A DNA stretch of 64,000 bases from Antedon mediterranea. Its lineage: Eukaryota; Animalia; Echinodermata. Positions 51,901 through 64,000 of the stretch are shown piece by piece. Both the position numbers and the translations under genes were made by a program. The notes beneath the pieces were generated by a model. It made no database searches. It had not been told where the DNA came from and saw only the letters and a list, made by a program, of their open reading frames with translations. The stretch lies in contig NC_092670.1 in NCBI RefSeq assembly GCF_964355755.1, forward strand, positions 9,476,201-9,540,200, written 5' to 3'. How positions within the stretch are numbered: position 1 is the first letter of the stretch; every line of letters begins with the position of its first letter.

Positions 51901-52504
51901 AATTAGTCATAATTAATGTTTCCAAATATTAAATTGTTATTTGCTTTGGTTAAAAAGGTTAATGCTATGTATTCTAAGATTTAAAAAAAATATATGATAA
52001 TATAGGACAGACTTTTTTTTAAAGTAATGGAAGCAAACAAGCTTAATTTATATAACTTTGTAGCATTCTCTGCGAAAAACTTGCGTTATAACAGTAGATA
52101 AATGCATGTCAGTATAAGTTCACTAACACTTACCATAAAACAAAAGGTGATAATGTTAAGTAGAGGCCAGGAGAAAGTGTTGGAGACCTCTTTAGTAGTT
52201 TTAGGCCTGTTTAACATTCGTTTACCTGACGTTTGTTACTAAACGAGCACAAGAATAACCTTCTCATGAATACAGTACATGCGGGCATCATCAGTATTCA
52301 AATCATAGTTGAAAGTATGAAAAATCGCATTCAAATTTACCTACATTTTAAAACTTTGAGTGAATTAAATAATCATTTCTATGAATGGTCTACTTTATTC
52401 AATAAACGTGTTAGGCTATGTTAGCGGAACAGTGATTTTCCACATTTTTAGACCAATTTCATAGATTTAATCTCTTAAAGTAGTAGGTGGTTATAGGAAA
52501 AGGA

Positions 52505-52668
52505 AAAATCAGTAGCCTACTGACTAAATTAGAGGCCCACTCTCTAAATCACTAACAGCTTATCATCTAATCAGTAGCCTACCACATAAATCAGCAACCC
52601 ACTGTCTAAATAGGTAACCAACCCTCTAAATGAGTAGCCTACTGTTAAAATAGCTAAATGAGTACTCT
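52505..52668. repeat. Degenerate 20-bp minisatellite (AAATCAGTAGCCTACTGTCT)
   Basis: About 7-8 diverged units, each starting (t)aaat.agtagcc. Confidence 0.65.
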
Positions 52669-54834
52669 ATAATAATTGGCAAGAGTGGCAGGTATTACTG
52701 TTTTTGATTCAGAAATAGTCAGTGAAAAAAGATCAGAAAACAAATTGCTATCTTGATCACATCCTGATATTTAAGACTATGGACATATGGGTTTATAATG
52801 GAATAAATACATAGATTATTTGTGGGATAAAGTAAGTATGTTTGTGGTTTATGATATTTGGCAGCATGGGCAGGTGAACTTTTCAACTTGCATTCATTTG
52901 TTAATACCGGGTTTACATTAGATGACCATAAGATAGAGTATTTCTGTAGTGTTTAATATACCCCAGTGAGGTTTTTGTTCTTGATAAACATGATCAAATA
53001 TTCCTTTTAACTGGTTATGTGATACAATGTATATTAAAATTCTGGTAATTAACGAGCATTTGACTTGCGTAACAGCCACTATTGGTCAATACTTGAGAGT
53101 TCTTTTCACACAACACCGGATATGAAGACACATGAACAGGTTTTAACTATTGCAAACAAGTGGATCATATTTATAGATGTTTAATTTCACGATAAACCAC
53201 AATGTCGCTTTACCTATGTCTTACAAATGAGAACATACTGGATTGCAATGTCCATTAAATTCACAATTCGCATCAGTGGCAGGATTATGGATTTTTGAAA
53301 TAATGGAAATGGTAGTATAAATAGTACTGCATTTTTTATTTATTTATATTTAATACCATCGTTAATGAGGGTGGCCTATTCAGTGAACTGATCATATACG
53401 CAAACCACTATCCAATAATATTTACAAAATTATTTCATCTGGGTGTATCCTTCATACCCAATTGGTTAATTTCATGTATTTTAGCTGCATGCATGGATGT
53501 AACTGTGCTGGGTGGAGGTGGGCAGAAACATCCACCTTTAAAGTCTTCCACTAACCCTAAAGATTATTTTCTAAGGTTTTCCATCAAGCAACCTAAATTC
53601 ATCTGTATAATCAACTAAGAAACATCTGGGTACCTGGAAATACTGTTTTACTTTTTCCATCTAGTTTGAAATAGCTGCTGACTTGAGATTTCCACAATTA
53701 TGACCGCACCACCTACCCTATCTTCCCAACCAAACCCTTAATAATTATTTTTTATGAATACCCGCTGAATCAAATAAAAAACGCAACGAATAAACAAGTA
53801 TGGGACTCAATAATTTGATGAGGACGTGATGTGAACAATTTTCTTTAATTGGATGTAAAATATTATTTATTTACCGTATTGGATTTGTTTTACTACACAT
53901 AGTTGAGTTGAATCCTAAACCACAAATGATACTATTATTAGAAATATCGACGTTGGAATTTGTGGAGCCTACATTTTAAAGCCAGTTCAATTCTCATTTA
54001 TAGCCAAACGATAGCTTAGTTACAAGCTCAAAGTCTATACACACGAATTACTGAATGAAAGAAAACTAGGACAGAATAAATCTTTGCAAACATAAGAATC
54101 AATGAAAACACGTACAGCAGTTTACTTTTAACTCAAATAATTATTGTTTTGCTATACTGATTGGTATCATAATACTTAAGATATTAAATTAGGCCTAGAT
54201 AAACATGGAAAAGCAAAGTGTAGTTGTCAGTACGTTAAATAGGTCATTTGAGCCATTGCATAATAGGTGGTGTTAACATAACTGATATGTGTTCGTACAG
54301 TTAGGCCTCCCACTAACATCTTTTTAGTAGAGCGAGGTTATGGCCCTAGATGATGACTGTGAGATCCTGCTAAATGCTTAATTTAATTTTGTTTGTTCTG
54401 CAAGTGGTTCTTGATTGAGAAGACCGTTTAAGTCAATCAATAAATGTAAACTAAGAACCGAGTCCCACTTGATAGTCGTCAAGGTTGAGCGTGATCATCT
54501 AATCAAGAAAGGGAAATTAATGGAAAAGAATCTATTTGTTCGGAAGCATCTGGCCCTGTGGTTTAATTACTCCTTGTACATCATTATAGTGTTCCAATTG
54601 CTTACAATTCAAAACACCACGAACCAAACATTGGAAAGAAATTGAATTCATAAAATATTCATATATCCCTCCTCCTTTTTGCTGTTGGTTTGGGTCTTGA
54701 AATAAAATAAAATTTTTAAAATAAAATACTAATATTATTATATATTATGAAATTATTATTATGAAATAATAAAGACAAAATTCATTACAGTATTAAAGCT
54801 TGGTGGTTTCCCTAGGCATTGCCAGTTCGCTGTA

Positions 54835-55000
54835 CTGTATCAAAGCATCATAGACAAATTCTGTAATACAGTGCCACATATGTATCAATCATATGCGACA
54901 CCTGTATCATAGTCTGAACTAAACTTAACATAATACAGGCGTCACACGTGATACATTGGAAACTGTGTTACAGAATTATTTATGATTAGTTATGATACTG
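54835..55000. repeat. Old degenerate palindrome (MITE remnant)
   Basis: aattctgtaatacag / ctgtgttacagaatt; tgtatca / tgataca; gacacctgtat / atacaggcgtc. Confidence 0.6.
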
Positions 55001-57635
55001 GATAATATATTATGCCATACAGTATGTGGAGATACAGGACAGAGAATCGGGTACCAAATTAAACGGTGGTCTCTGCACAGTCTGGAAAAAACTATGATTT
55101 CAAGGATCAAAACCCACAGAGTCTAGATGGCACTGAATCTATAACAAATGTAACCTATCGGCCTAATATCAGCTAGCACTCAGCATACCCACTCAAACTA
55201 CTAAAGTCCAGTCTTCTTGGAAAAATAACAAAATGTAGGTCTTGTATAAACAAGCGACTTATGTACACTTGCAAAGGTCTGAATATTTCCCCCTGATGAT
55301 AAAAACATAGGATGACTATGTGGTTAAAATATGTTAAATGTTTTAATCTAAATTGCACTCCATGACAGACATGACTAGATACTAAACATTAAAGACTGTA
55401 TTGGCGACACAAACCAACAATGTTGTTGGTAGGCTAGATGAGTGCCGCTGACCTGGATATATCAATAATAGCCTATTCTCCTTGCCGAGTGGAAAACTTG
55501 AAAATAGAAAATTCATTGAACATCCTTCTCAATAAATGGTACAGTCTGCAAACCATGTCCTCAAGTGGGAGAATCTACACAAACAACCATCATGATTTTT
55601 TTTCGAGATATTGAAAATAGTAATTGAATAAACTGGTTTTGTCCAAGTAAGCTAGGCATAAAATAGACACTATACCCTACTATAATAGGAGACATATGGT
55701 ATGCTATCCAAACCAATAGGGTGGGTGTCATTCTGCTAAATAAATCCAAACAAACAGTTTCATTTTACATTACATATCTGTGAGAAAAAGATACAGTGTC
55801 AATTAATTAAAAACACTTTTTTTACACAAATGCCAAAGTGAGAAAGCAAGCCGTGTGGTATTTTAAATGAGGTTGCATTTAATTTTTAGTAAAGTTAACA
55901 AAAGAGCAAGGAATCTAATCAATAAACACATTTATATTCTAAAAATTGTATCAAAGTATATTTTTCTACAATAATATATTAACAATTTAATTCATAGTTT
56001 GAAAAAGACTAGTTTAAAAATGGGCACTTTTAACCCTATTGAAATTATACTATAACCGTGGCGCTAACGAATGTCCAATTTTACCACATGCAAAGTTTTA
56101 ATAGGTAATTAATAAATCAGCCCATAGAAATAAACCTATACACTTGTCAATTAATTATGTACCACTAGACATTGGTATGTAAAATATAAAATATCTTGGA
56201 ATTTGCTGAATGGTTGACTTTTGAACAATTTCATGTATGTAGTATATGGATATAGATACTGGACATTTAACAAAATTCTCAGTAATGAAAAGATATTAAA
56301 AGGGAGTTTTTGAGTTGTGGTATTTTAGGGAAATGCTTCATATACTTGACAGAACCATGTCAAGAATGTAAATTAAGAATAGATTTGAGGGGATGGGGGT
56401 TCAATTCAGCACAAATTTGTGCAATTTTAGCAAAAACTAAAATGTCTTTAAATCCAGATTTATCTTGAATTAGGAGGTAGGATTATACTCAAACATGGGT
56501 TTATTTATTTATTTTTGGTGATGATCATATTTTAATGATGAATAAAAAAATATATTGTATGATATAGTTTAATAATAATATAATATTGATAAGGATAGCA
56601 TAGATAGATATCACTACAAGTGCTTGATATGGGCACAAAGAAGGTCCAAATTAGATAAGTCACTAAATGACCAACATTTTGAAATAGTATAATGACATAA
56701 AAGAATGCAGATAATCTTAAACCAATCAAAACAATAGGATCATGACAAGAAAAAAAATCAACCAATTAGAAAAGGGCTTAGTGGTAACAAATGAAATAAC
56801 TCCAAACAAGGCCAGCTATTAGCCTAATCCAGCCGCAGTACATCAATGAGTGGAGAAGATCTGACCTTGGCTCTGATTGGTTGAAAGTTAATGTGACTGA
56901 CAGATTTTGAGAGGCTGATTAAAAAACAGGAAGCCCTAAAATATGCCAACTGAACGATGCAGGACAAATTGCTTTAATCCAAAATAAAAATCACTTTCAG
57001 TTAATTGTAGATAATCCGAGTTTTAATTATTTACCTAGTTTTTTGTTCTTCTCTAGCCCCATAACCTCAATGGCAAAGTACACTTCACTATGTTTTACCC
57101 TGATATCCATCTGTACCTACAGATATAGGATTAGTTTCTGGCATTTTACATATTTCTGTCGCCCAGTTTATTGACCCCAGAGAATGTATTTATATCCTGA
57201 TGATAAAAAACTTAGCATGATAATTTGGAAATCATCTGCCTAAGATATTGCATGAATCACTGTCTTTAAGTCTTGGCCTAAATCCTATTCTAACTTCACC
57301 TATTAAACTCTGCTTAGCTTTTGTTTCTTTCACTTTATCTTGTACTTGGGTTTACTTTCCAATGCAAAGAAATGATTCAAGGTAGCATAGCATAGACTAG
57401 TGCAAATAAAAATGTACAATCTCTACCAGGATTTTAGACTGTTTGTCTGTCTTCAAGTAGATCTCAAACCATTAGGCAGCAAATAAAAGATATTACCACA
57501 TATGATTTTAAGATTGAAACAAATATATCATGATTAAGATTAAAAGCACCTAACTATAGTGCCATACTGGATGTAGGCTCAATAATTAATTATCTTAAGA
57601 ATATTTTGGCTTGTATTCTTTAAGTAGTTAATTAT

Positions 57636-58109
57636 TTTAATCAATATTTTGGCTTCTGTTGTGAAATGCATCATGTTGACAGATTAAAACAATTAAACTT
57701 TTGTTTACGTTCTGGTTCAATTGTTATGCAATTCGGAAGCAACACCCCAGTTGAAGGTATTCCAGGTCACAAATTCTGTCACACCTCAATAATTTAATCA
57801 AAGATATATTGTCGGCGCACTTTTTAAAAAAACCGCAAGAAAAAAAAATTTTACCAAAACACTTTTTAATTGTCTGCACTTTTTAGCAAACCTACACTTT
57901 TCAGTATGATGCACGAAATCTGATTGGATGACAGCCAAATTCTGGAAAGTGTTTTCTTCAATTCAATATTTATTTCTTGATAAATTAATTAGCAACAGAG
58001 TAAATTCAAAAAAGTTCTTAAAAACACACAATTATAGTCTTTAGTACCAAAAAAATAACCAATTGTCAGCAATGCAGTTTTCATCTGCAACAAAAAATAT
58101 TGATTAAAA
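57636..58109. mobile_element. Old inverted-repeat element
   Basis: ttttaatcaatatttt / aaaatattgattaaaa termini, with repeated internal attgtc.gc motifs. Confidence 0.4.
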
Positions 58110-60735
58110 CTCATTTTATTTTATCTAGGCAAACTTGTTCTCTCCAAGGGTGTCATCATTGTTTTCTATTAGTAAACTTTAGAATTCTATTCCTTTTCAT
58201 TCATACCCCTTTTGCACATTCCACAAAATTGAAAATGCCCAGAAAATGGACAATATAACAATTTACAGAATTTCATTTCCACTTGAATCGTTGCCCAGAA
58301 AATGTGGAGCCCAAATGTCGTGAAAACAAAACGGTGGCTAATTCGAACAAACTGACAGAACAATGAACTGCATTGTGGGTAATTAGGAATATCTCGACAA
58401 CTTATGGTCATAGAATCATACTTGATCAAAAATTCCAAAGCAATAACAGACAATTACAAAAAAGTTTATTCAGTAAAAACAATAAAGTTAATTACATGAA
58501 ATCAAATTATATTTACAACTGTAATGTAAGGGAACATTGTGGTATGATGTGAACCTATCAAAATAAATGATCATTTATACCTGTGTGAACCATGGCCTTA
58601 ATATTAAATCTCAGTACTATACTACAAAGAAATGTTGTTGAAATTATAAAGACCTAATAACAAGACCCTTTGTTATTTAGTTGACAAATTCTTTTGTACT
58701 TAACACCAATCCCTCTGCTCTACTTTTATTCCTACATAATTATGTAAATATCCATTATTAGGGTACAATTTCACCTCGTTCCAAACCCACGAGAGACGTG
58801 CCCGATCAATTCCCAGGCCTCCACGTGCTTAATATGTATTTAATTAGGCCCACTGTGTTGATTCGCTATGGTGAAAATATGGAAAAAACACATCCAGAAC
58901 AAAACATTCGCATTAAGTAGGTCGGGGTGGCCTCTGATTAGAACGTTATTAAAATTAGGTATGGACTTTGATGTTAGTAACGAGTCTCGAAGGTGATACG
59001 TAGGGTCTCCGGTTGGAAAGACATTTCAACCGGCCTTCATGATCAAACGTACACAAGTAATAATGTGAAGTCAATTGCTGTATTGATGTGAGGAAAAATA
59101 ATAAAATAAATGCCACAGTTATTCCAATGTATGACTTTGTATTTGATTTCCTTATAAGCTGCACATTAAAATTATTATGGCCTGTAGTAACCAAACCATT
59201 GGCAATGAAAATTTGAAAAAACTATACAAATTTACAGAAAGGAAGGAAGGAAAAAAAATAAAACTGATAAAAATCGCATACCATGTTATAAATTGATTGG
59301 TGGTATACAAAACTTAAACATGTATCAGTAGCCTCTTACCATTGTCACAGATAAACTGATTAGATAGAGTATATAATACACAAGTAAATACAGTAAAATC
59401 CTTCTTTTGGGACACCAACTTCAATTTAGGGGACACCCCTATTAAGGGCACTTTCCTGAAATAAGAACTACATAAGTGTAAACATAAGCTTTTTAACACT
59501 AAGGCCAATCCTTGCTGAGAGGACACCTCTATTTATGGGACACTTTTTGGTCCTGAAACATCTAGTAACATGCCTCGGATAAACAATATTTATTTTTAAA
59601 TTGTATTATTATAGTTTTAACTTCAAACTTGTACGAATGTGTAAACATCTACTGTATTTTAGGTAATTAAATGTGCCTGGGCAAATTAAAACGTTGTTGT
59701 TTAAATGATCCTATATTTTCTGTCTTCAAGATACAATTTGTTAAGACAAAAAATTGAAGAAAGTGTCATAAAATACTAAATAGCCATATCAAAAACCATA
59801 ACATTTTTTCATAAATGAGGTTGAGAATGCTGTACGATAAACATTGTAGTATCACTTGGGACCATGAATTGATTTACAAGTGGTGAAAACTGGTCATTTT
59901 TATATGGCTTGAACCACGTTTTTCATAAATATCCATGAGGCAAAAGACAAATTAGTCTTGTTCATCTCCTTAAGTGATGCAAAAGGTAGCTGCTCATATC
60001 CACAGGGCATCGTGTTAGCAAATAAATATCAGTCTCATAACTTACTCTTTTTATTCCCAACATGGAAATGATTAAAATAATGATGAATTAAGTAGAAAAA
60101 TGACTAGAGGGGCAGTGGTATTATTTAACCTTGCCCTGCTTTGCATAAGGGAAAAACAGGACTAGGCTTTAGCATAGAGCATGTTTACAGTACATACACA
60201 CACACACACATAGAAGAATGTTTTGGGATCAAAACTAGCCATGGCTGCCTCTCACATGGTCAGCATATCATCACTTGTTAACCTTGTCCTGCATTTGCCA
60301 GATTGGTGGAAGTCTGTAAGTTGAGTCATGACAGAATCCCCAAACGGAAAATATTTAATAATTTAGGGTTAACTGAAAACTAGGTGTCTTTTGAGCCTTG
60401 AAATATGTCCAAAGAACTCTAGTAAATATATTGACATTGGAAATAAAATTGTAAACAGAAATGTTGACGTAAAACAAAATGTTGACGTAAAATAAACTGC
60501 TGATGTAAAACCGTAACTGACATCAAAGTAAGTATAAAATATGTAATTAAATTACAAAAATTGTAACAAGAAGAATATAAAGTACAGTATGTTAATGGTA
60601 TGTTACAATAACAATAACATTTATTCAAATAATAAAACCAGAAACCAAAATTTAAAGTAAAAGGGTTATTTTTTAGTAAAATTAAAAATGTTTTGGGAGC
60701 AACAGGAAGGACCACTTTCTGTTTAAAATACTTAC

Positions 60736-60777
60736 CGCTGTGTCACTATCGTCTTTAAATTTTTTCAATCTTTTGTC
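60736..60777 (-). CDS. Candidate 42-nt microexon (DKRLKKFKDDSDTA), possibly an upstream or alternative SMARCD exon
   Basis: Minus strand reads tttttatattttattcag|GAC...GCG|gtaagta: strong acceptor, consensus donor, 14 open codons, phase 0-0 compatible with the 31635 acceptor. No recognisable homology. Confidence 0.35.
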
Positions 60778-61479
60778 CTGAATAAAATATAAAAACACAG
60801 GTAAATGGTCGACTGTCTGTGTGTCCATATTAAACAGTTAGACCTTGAGTACGTACTATGCCACATACAGTATACAAACATGCTCAAACGTTGAAGTAAC
60901 AGTTTCATGCGTTTTATACAGCTAATTGACTCAATACAGCATTCCTATGTCTAAAAAAAACTTTGTAATCTGAATTGCATAGTCCATTACTCTTCTGTAC
61001 ATTAATGGTCAAGAAACCGAACAATTGACTAAGCATCGCAACCTGACTGGCAAGTTGTGCCTTATTTTGAGAAAATGTTTTGTTCAAGGCCAACATTTTA
61101 CAGAGTCTTTTAACATGATGTATGCGTTAATATGTAGACCTTATTATTATTTTATATTACTGTAATGATGATCGGTTAGTAAATAACCTGACCAATTCTG
61201 AATAATATACTGTAATATTCACAGTGCATAATTGTAATAAAAAAAAATATAAAATAATATCTTGGATTTATAAAGCGCCTAATGTTGTGAAACCTCCTTA
61301 CATACATCTGGTGAAAGACACCTCAACTCAATTTTATACACCCATAAAAGAGTTTTAAAATTTATAGATTTATCATGTACTTTATTTATACTACCATTTC
61401 ATATTATTATAAGCTTCTTAATACCTCCAAAATAACTTTAAATAATAATATAAATCACAAGACAAATGTATGAAAAAAT

Positions 61480-61600
61480 TACAATGCTGTAATATCAGTT
61501 GCTGGATCTCAATGAAGCAAAAACCTAAATCAAAACAGTAAAGAAACAGTCGGAAAGAAAGTGCTAAGCCTTCAGAAAACACTATTCCTTCATCAGAGCT
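61480..61600 (-). mobile_element. Second copy of the hammerhead-bearing Penelope-type repeat
   Basis: Shares acaatgctgt..tatcagt.gctggatctcaatg with 14010-14045. Minus strand reads gct-CTGATGA-a-GGAAtagtgttTTCT-GAAG-gctt-agc. Confidence 0.55.
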
Positions 61601-64000
61601 ACCGTATGCTAATACTGTAAATATATCGTTCTTTTAGCCAAGTTCTACTTTCTACTTTAGTTCTACTAAAAGGCCTATTTTCAAATTGTATTACTTGTGT
61701 TTCCAAAGTCGACCTTGGGAAAAAAAATTAAGTAGTCCACACAAACCCTAAAAACTTGTCATTTCCTCCATAGTAGTCGTCTGTAGGAAGGGGTTATATT
61801 ATTTCACTGGTCAATTTTGCTAATTCTTAATCAGGACACTTATAATAGTCTTAAGCTGAATTACTTCACAATGCTCTAGAGAGGCTAAACTAGGTATATG
61901 TGCCAATTGGCGACAATGGCTAAAGTCAAATCCCAAGGGGTAATAATTGTAGGACACACTTCTTTAATATTAATACAACTCTATCTGTGATAAAATAGGT
62001 TTCATCATGTGATGAAATAAGTCGGTTAAACCTGTTTATCTTATAAATTATAGGCACTTGGTATACTAATACTTTTGTTTTTGATGAAACCCTGTTTTTA
62101 TGATAGTAAAGCAAGGTTTAGGTTTATGACAAAGGTACAGTTAAACTGCCCATAACAAACATCTATCTAAAAAGTCATTTTTTTCTTCCTATCTAAAAAT
62201 TACAACGTATATCTTGTAAGCAGAACCCCTTGTAGTACTTTTGACCACATAATTTGGACTTTGTATCTTTTCATACTAATTGACCATGTCAAGCAAACTA
62301 CTGTACTGTAAGCAAACTTCTGTGAAATTGACAATTTCTTACCAATTTCTATACCATACTAAATAACTGAAACATACAATAGAACAAATTTAAAGGCCGA
62401 AAAATTAACGTTGAAAATTGGCCCTCTTATGGCTAAACCTTTAATAAATGGATGCCTCTCTAATAAGCGGACAATTTTTCTGGAACGGAAGGGTGTTTTC
62501 TTAAGGGTGCTTTAATTGATACTCCTAAGGAAACGTTTCAGAAAAACCTATAATATATTGTAAGTAATTATCACTGATCCCAATTTAAATATAAATTAAT
62601 TCAACATAATTAAACAGAAATCTATCTGAAGTAAAATACTATAAAAGCGAAAAACAAAAGAGCCATTTCAAGCTTTTGGTAGCATGACATTCATTCATCA
62701 GTTTATTGAGCACACAGACTAAATTATGTAAAAATTCATTCATATTGAAACATCAATTCCTAAACCATTTTCTTTGATAAATAAATCTCATATAAATTAT
62801 TCATACTTTAGGACTTTATTCTGAGGTTATTTTTTATCAAATTAATCTAAAATGTAGACCTACCAACAAATATCATCGTCATATCATTAAACCTTGTAAA
62901 AGTTCATGTAACAAAGAAATTGTAAAATTCTAGGCGATTTCATTTGTGCGAATTGTCAATAACCTTACAAGTTCTTACATAAAGCTTAGGAAGACTTAAT
63001 CCTGTATTTATTTCAGGGATCAATGAAACCACAGTTTAGTTTGGAGGTTTACATAGTGAATCCAGTTAATAACCGCAAATAATTTCCGATATACTTAAGA
63101 TTTTCACATTCAAAGTCTACCTGTTGATGGATCAGAATATATTGGCACAGACAACCATCTCATTCAAATCTCTAAAGCTTTTGTTGCAATCCAGAGTTTT
63201 AAATTTAATCAGCGGTTTTTGGTGTACAACGAGAAAACTAACCCTTATTTTCTTTGTAAAATATTTCTAAATCGGTTTATATTTATTATAGAAATATAAA
63301 GTATTACATTTAACTTCCTCTTGTAATGTACTGTATAGTTAACTAACTCTAATTAAGGACCCGTATTGATGAATGTCTTTGTCTGGTTTAGCGATGATCA
63401 TTAAATGTTTTAATATTAAATTTATCTCTTTTTTTTTTCATTAGATTTAAGCCACATGGATCAACTAACTATCTATAAATATGATGTTCTCTCTGAATGC
63501 ACTTTTAAAACCCTGACTTAAACAGACGAAATCATTTTTTTATCAGTTTTTTTGACAGCATACTGTATTTTTAATAATATTCATTTTAATCTTAAGAATT
63601 GGTATAGACCTTATTACTTGCATAAATGATAACATAAATTGGCTATAGAATTAGTAATATTTATATCATTGTTTAATTTTAAATTTTAACTGTCTTTGAT
63701 TTGATTTTTAATGACCCTAGTGACCGGATTGCGAAGATTCAGTAGTCATAAAAAAAATCGTTGGAAGACAAAAAAATGTTTGAGAGAAAAAATTGCTGTT
63801 CTAACATAGCCAGATGGCTAAGGTGCCCTAGCTTGATTTGTGCAGTTTTGCAGTTTAGGAGATACTGTAGAGGAACAAAGTTTTAGGTTAAAATAACTAG
63901 TTAACTGCATCTTTCTAATCAGCTGCATTATATCAAAGTCTACATGACCTGATTCTAGTTTACAACCCACTATATTTCTAGGTATAGTATGTTTAATGTT

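Noticed and set aside
57150-57480. Minus-strand Ulp1/PHD-like transposon remnant (RDCTFLFALVYA)
   Set aside because: A single weak motif in heavily disrupted frames.
40895-59345. Several ATG|gt sites as a possible first SMARCD exon (near 40900, 49530, 52135, 59280, 59340)
   Set aside because: Many equivalent candidates and no promoter or homology evidence to choose among them.

Overview
AT-rich eukaryotic (invertebrate animal, possibly echinoderm; inferred from repeat types only) genomic DNA. Most of the window is intronic sequence of a minus-strand SWI/SNF subunit gene (SMARCD1/BAF60 family). Four phase-compatible coding exons are visible (31526-31635, 30844-31018, 9084-9209, 8468-8581). 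The start codon and the exons after ...HLVE were not found, and there is one candidate upstream 42-nt microexon (60736-60777). The introns are packed with non-autonomous DNA transposons (Harbinger-, Tc1/mariner-, hAT-, Ginger- and Crypton-like), LINE/SINE remnants, minisatellites and Penelope-like remnants. The most notable items are: several minimal hammerhead-ribozyme motifs (one with an intact core at 6327-6365), a decayed multi-immunoglobulin-domain membrane-protein gene nested antisense in an intron (about 335-3035), a 180-bp branched fold-back element whose wobble pairs all favour the antisense strand (8674-8853), and a 1.09-kb near-perfect palindrome next to an exon. Apart from those overlapping the SMARCD exons and the remnants noted, most ORFs in the supplied track look spurious. 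All calls are by eye, with no database searches.
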